From the NCBI RefSeq assembly GCF_006345805.1, contig NW_021833079.1, positions 72,814-136,813 on the forward strand: DNA of 64,000 bases, written 5' to 3'. The position numbers and the translations under genes are program-made. Of the stretch, positions 11,256-21,900 are shown piece by piece. Position 1 is the first letter of the stretch. Each line of letters opens with the position of its first letter. This stretch comes from Octopus sinensis. Taxonomy: Eukaryota. A model generated the notes under the pieces. That model saw only the letters and a program-made list of their open reading frames with translations, had not been told where the DNA came from and ran no database searches.

Positions 11256-13314
11256 CAGTGATTCTCAAGTGCGGCCCCTGGGGCCGCATGCGGCCCCTAG
11301 GATTTAATTTGCGGCCCCTAGGTTTTATAAATGTTTTATTTTTTAATTTAATATTTTTAAATTTTATGAATAAAAAAATGTCACGTTTTTATTTGTTGTT
11401 GTGATGTCTGAATTCTAAACGTTGTCGAAAACTTTCCGAGGAAAATAGGATTTTTCAACACATCTGGGAAGAAATATTTCATTATTGAGATCAATGGAAA
11501 GGCTCTTGCCTAATATGCCATTCTATTATTGCAACTCTAAAACGTATACAATCGAACGGCACTACCGTTTCCACTCTATTCTTTATGACAAATTCACTGG
11601 TGTTTCTCGGACGAAAAAACTAAAACAAATGAAAGAAGATTATTTAAAACGATCATTTACTCTTTCAAAAGTGGCACATATTCGTCTAATATTAACCTGG
11701 CATCATACAAAATTAGTTACCTATTGGCTAAAAATATGAAGCCTTATTCTGATGGCGAATTATATAAAACGGCAATCGAAATATTTGCATCGGAATGTTG
11801 TTCGCCCGCTGTTTTCGATATTGCACACAAGTTACCTCTAAGTACGATACTGTTACTAGAGAGTCAGTGATATATCTGATAATCTGATTAACGAACTTTT
11901 ACAGTATGCAATTGTTTTTGTAATTTTTAGAATTTGTAAAGATTTTCAATATTATTCTTTTGCGCTTGATTGTTCCAAAGATATTCAGATATCGAACAAT
12001 TAGTAGTGTTTATAAGGGGAGTAACATCTGACTTTCGAGTATACGAAGAATTTTTTTCATTGAATTCACTTCACGGAGAAACTAAAGGAACACAGATTTT
12101 TTCTCCAATTGTGAAATTAATTGAAGATTATCACTGGATCCAAAAAAATTAGTTTCATTTCAACTGATGGAGCCCCTTATATGATTGGCAGTAAAACTGG
12201 TTTTCGTGGACGTATGAATAAATGGAGGTGTGATAATAACTGGACTCCAGTATTATGGCATCATTGCATATTCATCAGGAAAACCTAATTTCCAAAAATT
12301 TAAAATGGAAATGTTTCTGAAGTAGTGATAAAAATTGTCAATTGGATTCGGGCGAACGCCTTGAATCACCGAAAATTTAAAACATTTTTAACTGAAACCG
12401 ATTCGGATTATGGCGATGTCCTTCTTTTCTCAGTAGTAAGATGGTTAAGCCGTAGCTCTTGTCTCAAAAGGTTAATTTCTTATATTTAGATTTTATCAAC
12501 TTCTCCCTGAATTATTTTATTCACTGAAAATAAAGTGGACAATGCATTATTGAAAGACAATAGATGGGTAGCAGATTTAGCATTTTATGTGGATCTATCG
12601 GTGCATCTGTCTGCCCTAAATGTCGAACTACAAGGGGAAAAAAGCTAAATTATCAAATTTATGGATATATAAATGCCTTCGTTAAGAAATTAATTTTATG
12701 GAAAGCGCAGATATCAAATAATGATTACACACATTTTCCTTATTTGTCAGAAAATTCCGAAAGTGGCTCAACTGATAAATATTTAAAAATAATTGAAGAT
12801 TTAAATTTGCAATTTGATGCAAGATTTCAGGTTTTTAGTATTTAATTTAAGCTGACAGAGCTTTAAAGAAGGTGCAAATTCAATGAGATTATTTGCATCT
12901 CCATTAATTATGAAAAGTGAGGAGGTTTCCGGGATTTACCAACTGGAATTGATTGATTTGCAAAATGATGTTGAACTGAAAAGTTTGTTCAACAACATTT
13001 CAATAATTGACTTTTATTCGAGAATTCCAGAGAACCGATTTCCGAATTTAGTCAATAATGCAAAGAAAAATTTAGCAATGTTTGGATCAACATATGTCTG
13101 CGAATCGACATTTAGTAAACTCGTTCGAATTAAAACAAAGTTTCGCAGCAGATTGACTGATACTCATCTGAGTGATTTGTTACGTACTTCAAAAGTAGAA
13201 TTAAACCTAATTTTGATTATTTGGTTAATAAATAATTCTTAAAAATTATTGCGGCCCCCTGTAAATTTTTTTTTTAATTTGCGGCCCCTGAGCAAAAAAG
13301 CTTGAGAATCACTG
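11256..13314 (+). mobile_element. hAT transposon, Buster/Charlie (GTF2IRD2/SPIN-like), frameshifted intron-containing transposase
   Basis: TIR CAGTGATTCTCAAG; 8-bp TSD ATCTATAC with central TA; subterminal GCGGCCCC repeats; motifs KPYSDGE, FALD, STDGAPYM, VRWLSR, LAMFGSTYVCESTFS...RSRLTD. Confidence 0.93.
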
Positions 13315-13390
13315 ATCTATACAATCCGCCACAAATCTTTCGAATTTATGTGAAACGGTAATCATTTAAATATCTTCGCATGTCTTTAGA

Positions 13391-13818
13391 CAGTGATTCT
13401 CAAGCTTTTTTATATGTGCCACTTTTGAAAGTAAATGATCGTTTTAAATATCTTCTTTCATTTGTTTTTATTTTTTTCGTCCGAGAAACACCAGTGAATT
13501 TGTCATAAAGAATAGAGTGGAACGTTAGTGCCGTTCGATTGTATACGTTTTTAGAGTTGCAATAATAGAATGGCATATTAGGCAAAGAGCCTTTCCATTG
13601 ATCTCAATAATGAAATATTTTTCTTCCCAGATGTGTTGAAAAATCCTATTTTCTCGGAAAGTTTTCGACAACGTTTAGAATCAGACATCACAACAACAAA
13701 TAAAAAACGTGACATTTTTTTATTCATAAAATTTAAAAATATTAAATTAAAAAATAAAACATTTATAAAACCTAGGGGCCGCAAATTAAATCCTAGGGGC
13801 CGCACTTGAGAATCACTG
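13391..13818 (-). mobile_element. Non-autonomous deletion derivative of the adjacent hAT
   Basis: Same TIRs; reverse complement of 11256-~11680 joined to the last ~21 bp of the element; flanking duplication CTTTAGA(C). Confidence 0.9.
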
Positions 13819-14599
13819 CTTTAGACTGTTGAAATGGTTGCAAGAATCACAAGTTGATATAAAATGGCGAATAACTTTTTAATTTATACCAATATATTTT
13901 TGGGAAATTAAATGGCACATCTTGGAAACTCAAGGATGTCCGATAGAATGTTCTTTAGTTAAAATTGAATTGATTTCGGATTCTTGAAAGGAACAGACAA
14001 CAGTACGAAAGTTTCCATTAAGTGCAAGAATTAATTCTCCATTTATAAGTTTTAAATTCTGACACTTTCGGCGTAGCGTACGCTTTTGATTTTCATTGAA
14101 ATCATTAGGATACTCATTATATTCGAAGTAGTTCATTATGTTCTTTAATTCATAGGCCGTATTAATGCTGAACGAAGAAGGCATTACAAAAATCAAATTT
14201 AAAATTTAAATTAAAAAAATAATTAAAAAATTAAAAACAGCTTTATTGACTCAAAATATATCAGATTTATCAGTTAAAAAAAGTATTCAAAAATATTATA
14301 ATTAGTATTTTCAAGTGATCAGTCGTTCTCATCAGCCCGGACACTATCAACAACCCGGACGCTATGACATACGACAATTATTTTCAATTTTATCAGATTT
14401 TAAAATATATCGGAAGAAAACATTAAATCATTCTTTGTATAAATTCAGTAAGTTGAAGATTCACCAATATTTATGTCTAGGGGTGTATGTGTGGTGAATT
14501 TGAATTTCGAATTGCCCCAAAAGAATTAAAGATCTTCAAACCCATACGTTTAATTCTGATTGAACTCATAAATATCTCTTTATTGTTTAACCTATATTC

Positions 14600-17500
14600 T
14601 TAATATGCTTCAAAAAGTTGCTGTCCAAAAATTTTATAACACCAAGCGACACTATGAAATTCGTCGTTACGAAAAATTTAAAAAGCTTACAAGAGAATCT
14701 CGCTTAAAGGAAATTAGGAGTCTCGAAAAAAATTACCGAAAGCAAACAACATTTTTTAAATAATTTGTGTTGTAAAATAGATGATACTACACGTACAAAT
14801 TACGAAATTTGGGGAACAAATGAAACCAATTTCAAAAACAGAATTTATAAAAGAATGCTTTCCGAAGTAGCTGAAAATCTATTCCCGAAAGGTTTTTTTC
14901 AAATACAGGAAAATGTCATAACTTTTCGTGAGGAAATATGATGGTTTATATTTCCGAAATACTATTAATATCTCAAAATGAGACATTTTGGTAGACATAA
15001 AATCACATCTAAATGACTTTTTTTTTTTTAATTTCAAAACCTTTGTTATGAAAGCAAGAAAGAAATTAAAGATAGCTAAGTTAATTAAAGGCCTTACGAG
15101 ACACCCGACCAGCCTCGCGAATGGCGAAGCCGTTCCCTCGGATCACAGCAATCGACAGACGTTCCAGGAGCCAAGAAAACTCTCTTGGATCGTGACTAGT
15201 CCTTGAAATCCGTCGACCGAGCGAGCGAAGGAAGCGGAGTGTCTTGGGACCGAAGATCCCGGAGGACTCCACGGCAATTGGAGTAAAGAGCAGCGAGTTG
15301 GAGAGGTGGCCGTACTTGAGAATCTTTCGCTCCTCGGCCTGCCTGGAAGCGTGCCCAGGATTGGCGGCGGACAGAGCGAGATTTCCCAGCGAGAACGTGT
15401 CCGAGCAGGTAGAATCCCAAATAAGGGATTTCCCCTGCTCGTAGGGGAAGGTGGACATGCCGTCAGGGCGTTTGCCATCCCCTCTATCCAATCCAACAGG
15501 TTCAAGGATTGACGGGATGCCTGCTGAAGCGAGGGCTCTCTGTATGACTGAGTTGAGTTCACTGTGACGGGGGGCACGACCGGCACTCCGCCGGCAAGCG
15601 AGGGGATGCAAACCGTACTCGTCAACAGTTCCCCCACAACGGCATTTGTGCGTCTGGCAGATTTTCAGCCCGACACGGAGGGAGATTGCAATTCTTAGGC
15701 ATTCCTTGTCCAACAGGTTCCCGATGGAAGGGAGAGGGAGAGCCTTTAACCAGACACCGCTGCCTTCACAGCGACCTGCACGGAGGCAAGCGACACGGTG
15801 TTGATTGGAGACAGGAAGCAGGCCTTCGAAGATTGCCTGACAAGAGATTTCGTCCCATTGACGCTGTGAAAATTGAGAATTGGGCAGCTTCGAACCAAAC
15901 CGAGCCTCCCACCGACCACGGGGCTGCAGAGTAAACTTCAGACAATTTCCGTTCGGGGAGGTTTCTAAGAACGATGTCTGAGAGAGTACGAGAAGCGTGA
16001 TGAGCGGATAGGAATGCCGGGAGGGCAAGATCGGAATAGGATCTCAAGCCAAGGCCGCCCCAGCGCACAGGCAGGGATGCCTGAGTCCAGCCTGGATCGT
16101 CGAAAGCCAGATTGCAAAGAGAGCTCGTACCGAGCCTGAGGATATTGTCAAGGTCGGAAAGAAGGTCGTCTCTTTGAAAGCAGGGTGCGCATCTTAGGGT
16201 GTAAAGGATCTTAGGGACGGAAAAGTGGTTTCGGAGGAGGAAAAGAGCCACATGAGGCTCTATGACTTTAAGCTTGTCGATCATTTTGGATAAGTGGGAA
16301 ATTTTTCCAGCGAGTGAGCATTCGAGGGCAGAAGGCCCCATAGGGGCACCGAGGATCGTAAGATTTGATTTGTCCGTAATCCGGACATCTGAGAGAATGC
16401 CTCGGCACGTGGAAATTGAAACAGTGAAGTCACTCGGATTTAAGGCAATGTTCACGATTTCGGATTTATCGGCGTTTATAGATAGGCCGATGTCCGAGAG
16501 GGAAGGGAGGATAGAACGAAGGTCGTCAAAAACAGCATCGGGGGGACCACAAATGGTTGCGTCATCCAGATACCATATGTTAACTGGGGATCGAACAGAG
16601 TGAGCGATACTGTTAACGCCCAAGGCAAAAAGGACAGGACCCAGGGGATCTCCCTGTTGGACCCCGGTGGCCGAAGAAATAGGTATATCGTTGAACATAA
16701 GGATACTTGAGGAAGCATAAGAGAGATGCACAAGGGGATAGGCGAAAGGGACTAATTCACGACAGCACTCCAGAAGGTGGTCCCGCCTGATGGAATTGAA
16801 TGCGTTGGAAACGTCCAATTTGACCATAATAAACTGCTCAAATGATTCAGTTAAGTCACGAATTGAGTGGACAGCAGCTTCGCAGCCGTTAGGAACGCCG
16901 ACCCCGAGTTGGACAGGCAGAAACTTCGAGGACAAGCAGGGAACAATGGCTCGACACAGAAGTTTAGCGGAGAGCCTCCGGAAAATATTGCCCACGGCGA
17001 TGGGCCTCACGCCGTTGTCCTTTTTCCAAGGGCAGTAAGGTTGGCGGAAAAGAAAATATCACGAGCAAAATCGGGGAGGGAACCGGAGATGAAGCGGTTG
17101 CACAGGTTGGTGATTGAGCGTAGGAGTTTTCGACCAGCTTCGGCGGTAGTGGGAGACGTCAGGTCTTTCAGATGACCTGGTCTCAGACAATCTACACCAC
17201 CACTGCTTCCAGGTGAAAAGTCCCTCAGGGCTTTCAGTACAAGAGTTTCCGAGACAGCAAAAGGATTGAGAGCGAGGAGGGTGTCAGGGGACGGCTGAGG
17301 CCTGAAGTCGTTTGGCTGAGGGGGATGTTTTTCCCTGAGGAATTAAAACAGCAGGGGTCGTGGGCAAAAGGGGACTTGTCGAGGCAACCAGCCTAACTGC
17401 ACCACGAACGTCCCGTCCAAGAGTTTACTATTAATCTTTCTGTTGAGGTAATCGACGTCATTCGCGTGAGAGGACACATTATGGGATGGTGAACCAGAGG

Positions 17501-18600
17501 GAAATTTGGAGCTAGCGAGGTGGTCCCGCAGCCAGCGGATGGAAAAAAAGTTCTTATCATACAAGGCCAATTCTTGTTTGACGGTTGTAGCCAGCGAGAT
17601 GGAGGAGGTTTTCACACGGGCTCTTAATGGGGCAAAACCGAGACCGAAAGAGGCGAAGCAAAACAGCTTAAGCCAATCGGAATGGCATCAGATGCCAAAG
17701 CCTTATCGATTGCGGCGGACAAGGAGGAGGCTGCAAAGATACGCGCAGCTTTTGGGATTCTGGATGGGATTTTCCGGAGACGGCGGAAGAGCTTGATAGA
17801 TTTGAGAACTTCCTCGGCAGACGGAGATGTTGCGAGTGGCGCTTTTTCGGGGAGTTCTTGCGGGCTGGAACACTGAACCGGCTGGCAAGTGCGGCAGGAA
17901 GGACAGTCCCAAATTAAGAGAGAGGCAGAAACGCGCCTGGAAAGACGCACGCAAGAAAGGTGGAAGAATCTGTCGCAACTAGAACAGACTCTCCCTTTCT
18001 AAATGACTTAAACTTGAAACTGCAAGGAAGTAATAAATTAATAAACCAAATGTATACCGAAATAACTACTTTTGAAAATAAATTTGAGTTGTAGGAATTA
18101 CAGTTACAAAAAGGAAATATGACGTATTTTGTGAATTTTCTTTCTACGAATCCGACTGATGGCCCGGAATATACGAATTAAGATCAGAATTTTCATCACG
18201 TTTTATGGATTTAAGAGTAAAATACTTATATATAATTTTTTAGGTTCATAAAAATCTTTTCAACATTTTCCAATCTCATTTGATGTTGAAACTGAGACAG
18301 TACCAGGTTGTTATAAAATGGAATTACTTTAAAGTCAATGCGACACTAAACTTAAATCAAAATATTTTTCTGAATTGGTAATTTTGAGTTTCTAAAAAAT
18401 TTTGTATGTGTTAAAAAATATCACAATTAACCGACAATGCTAATATTTGGAAACACATTTTTATATCAACAATTATTCTCCACTATGAATAATGTAAAAA
18501 ATTGTCTGAGAACGAAAATTACCGATTTACATTTTAACGATATATTACGTTTAGGACTAGTCAGATTAATAAATAAAATAAATTCACTTCCTTGTAATCA
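14600..18600 (+). pseudogene. Older degraded hAT (GTF2IRD2-like) transposase split by CRE-A1
   Basis: Rejoining across the TSD gives FLVDIKSHLNDLNLKLQGSNKLINQMY; later ...QQLFSTMNNVKNCLRTKITDLHFNDILRL. Confidence 0.7.
15020..17997 (-). mobile_element. CRE-clade non-LTR retrotransposon, family A copy 1 (5'-truncated, frameshifted)
   Basis: RPIAVG, LDVSNAFNS, GVQQGDPLGP, WYLDD, LPVRWGGLGL; C-x-C...H...C, RHSELN, RPDG...WDSTC endonuclease; poly(A) at ~15020; TSD TCTAAATGACTT (15008-15019, 17998-18009). Confidence 0.92.
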
Positions 18601-18901
18601 TTTTTAACTAATAAACTCGCAAGCTTTACCTGGAACGGTTAGTTCCTTGCAAAAAAGATAGTTTGTATGTTACCGCTCACGATTGTAAACGAATCAAGAT
18701 CCTCTGTCTCAGCCAAGTGATTCTCGTATATTCTTATTTTTCCAACCGATAAGGATCTTTTCACGTTTGGCCCGGATCGCATACAAAAATAAAATTTTGC
18801 CACGCGAAGACAAACATCCTGCCGATCCCTGGGCTAGACCGTGGAAACGGGAAACATCTGACGGGTCTAGTTAATCCTCGTTCAAGATGAGACAATTATT
18901 T

Positions 18902-21900
18902 GCACGCGCGTTGTTGTTGTGGTGCACTTTTTCTATTCATTTGTTCACTTGCTATTTGTTATTCAATTCAATAATTTTTTTTTTTAAAAAAAAAAAACTA
19001 GCTATTATGAACTGGCTCGCAGGATTGAAAGACAATTCCCGCGTAAAACAGCCAGCGAGATCCTCTGAATGAGGAATATAAATTCCCTCGGATCTCTGGA
19101 GCGGTGGGTGCACAAGCGGCCAAGTTTCTTGAGATGGGCAAGCGTCTTGGCCCCAAAAACACAGGAGGTTTCGACAGCAATTGCCCAAAAGCAAAATCGA
19201 TCGAGTAAATCAACATATTTCGAAAGTTTTGCAAATTCGGCCTTCTCGGCCGACGAGCCGGGACGACAAGCCGTAGCATTTAAGGCACCCTTGGCGAAGG
19301 AGTCGGAACAGGTGACGTCCCAAACGAGCTGTTTCCCGGATTCAAAAGCGAACAGCGTACAGCCGTCCGGACGTTTTGCATCATCAAGAACAAGGCCCGT
19401 CGGTTCCAGAATACAAGGGAAACCAGCTCTTTCCAGAGCTTTCTGAATTAGACTGTTGATTTCGGTGTGCCGAGGAAATCGGCCGGCGCTCATTCGACAA
19501 GACAGAGGATGTAGCCCAAAGGCGTCAACTTTATCCCCACAACGACATGGATGAGGTCTGCAGACAGGGAGTCCAAGGCGATTACAGATACCAAAACGGA
19601 GTGAATCCCTATCGAGGACAGTATCCAAAAGCGGAGAAGGGAGAACATTCAGCCAGGAGCCTGAGTATGGCTGACAGGCGGATCGGAAACAAGCCAGTCT
19701 GTGTTGGTCGAGGAGTGGTTCCAAGTCGGTAGAAGAACGACGGCAGAGAATTTTGTCCCAGTCTCGCTGAGAAGAGACATCGGAAGGGACCTCAGAAAAA
19801 TTGCCTTTCCAAAAAGCGAGGGCTGAATCAATATCAGAGTCCAACGATGATTCAGTAGTTTTTTCCAGAATCTTTTGGACAAGAAGATATGATCCAGACG
19901 CCGAAGAAAGAAAGGCAGGAAGAGCCAAATCCATACTAGAACGGAGGCCCAGACCCCCGTGACTCACAGGAAGTTTAGCCTGACACCAGGCAATATCGTC
20001 GAAATGCACATTGAGAATTTTCTCCGCAGACCTCCGAACCAAGGAATCATAAGATTCCAGCATTTGGGTTGCATAAAAACAAGGTGAGCTCCTCAGGATA
20101 TAAACAATTTTGGGATCAAAAGATAGTTCTTGAGGATGTAAAATGAAGGATGAGGATCAATGACAGAAAGTTTTTCACAAAGAGAGCAATAAGATTTTTC
20201 TTGGCAAGGAGGATTCGAGTAGCTGAGTCGGTGAGAATCGGTGACCCCAGAATTTCCAGATCAGACAGAGGTGTCTGTCTCAACTCAGGAAGGAGTTTGC
20301 AAAAAAGAGAGAAGGAGTTCTTAAACAGGGATGGCTCTACAGAGAGATTGACAATCTCGGACTTGCTGGAATTAATAACCAGACCAATGTCGGATAAAGC
20401 CGGAATTAGACTGGCTAAGTCCTTTAGCAAAACATCAGGCGGACCGCCAAGGGTGCAATCGTCGAGATACCAAAGATTAAGGGGTGATTCGTTAACGCGG
20501 GCAATGGCATCCACGGCAAGAGCGAACAGTAATGGGCCCAAAGGATCACCCTGTTGGACGCCACAGGACGAAGAAATGAAAAACTACCGGCGATTAAAAG
20601 TGATGGAAGCGAGTACGAAAGCGATATAAAGGGAAGCAAGTGTGGAACACGGTCTTGGCAGACCTCCAACATATGACCACGGTCCAGAGAATTGAAAGCA
20701 TTAGTTACATCCAGTTTCAATAAGGCAAGGGAAATATTGGAACGAGTAGAACCGTGAATAAAACAACGACAGGCATGGACAGAAGACTCGCAACCGCCAG
20801 GAACACCCACACCCAACTGAATGGGCTGCAGTTGCTCGCCAATAGAAGGAATAACGGACTTGCAACAGACTTTCGCAAATAAACGGCGAAAGACATTTCC
20901 AACAGCAATAGGCCTGATACCGCCATCTTTCTTGCCCAAGGCCGTAAGATTCGCGGAAAAGAACAGAATTCTAGCATGGTCAGAAATTTTGCCGCTCAGG
21001 AATAAATTGCACAAGTTAGTGCAAGCATTCAAGAGGCGATTCCCGGTATCCCCATTGGCGGAAATTAAGTCTCTCAAATGAATAGGACGGAGACCGTCGA
21101 TACCTCCACTACTGTTACCCCTAAAGGAGTTTAAGGCGTCCAAAAGTTGTTTGGGAGAAACAGAAAAGGGAAAACAGGACGATTGGGCCACATCAAAAGT
21201 TACTGGTTTTCCAATAGGGTGCTTTTCCTTGAGAATGCGAACAACATCGGGGGTGATTGTACGGACGGAATCAGAAGATGACAAGAGACGAACAGCCGCG
21301 ATGACATCATGCGACATTAAGCAGGAGTTAATCCGAGACCGTAAACGTTTAGAACCGTCCTTCGACGAGGGCTTAGCGGTAGAAGGTAAATGAGAGGGAG
21401 ACGGAGCGAAAGAGCCAGTCATAAACTGACTCATATTCTTTTTCAAAAGAGAAACAAAGGAGGCACCGGCACCGGGGCGACGAGCAGGGGAGCCCAACGC
21501 AAAAGTTGGGAAAAAAAACAAACGATTCCAATTATGAATGGATGGATCGGAAATGGCAGACTCAATTAAAGAAGAAAGGTTTAGGGCCACCGAAATACGG
21601 GCTGATTTTGGGATTCAGATGGGAATGCGGAAAGAAACACGATAATCATGAACCAATTTAAGGACCGATTCAGAGTCCAATAAAAATGGATCTGAAGGAT
21701 TGTCAAGAGAGGGAGGAGAGACGGAGTGGTGACCATCATTTAAATAAGGAGGAGGAAAGGAAGAGCAAGAAGAGCACACCCAACGAGAGAGGCCGGAAAG
21801 AGACTTCTTTGACAGCTTGATACAGGAAATATGAAACAAAGAAGAGCAAGAATCACACCGAATAGATTTTTTCCGATTATTAACGGATTTACAAACGGAG

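Larger units (their letters stand above)
10328..14376 (-). mobile_element. Ginger2/Tdd-like DNA transposon with gypsy-type integrase, interrupted by two hAT elements
   Basis: 15-bp TIR TGTCGTATGTCATAG; 5-bp TSD ATTAT (10323-10327, 14377-14381); N-terminal YPNDFNENQKRTLRRKCQ (13930-14196); rve core TDKGKE...IHGRPRHPQSQGRVERYNQ (~10870-11150). Confidence 0.88.
6006..14485 (+). mobile_element. Internally deleted Tc1/mariner element hosting nested insertions
   Basis: Left TIR CACCCCTCGACAAAAAATTTGG; right TIR reverse-complemented CACCCCTAGACATAAATATTGG; TA on both sides; DD34E C-terminal remnant at ~9780-10232; about 0.9 kb remains once the inserts are removed. Confidence 0.7.

Noticed and set aside
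18780-18901. Spliced-leader RNA gene as CRE target
   Set aside because: No recognisable leader, donor or Sm arrangement, and no match to other CRE flanks.
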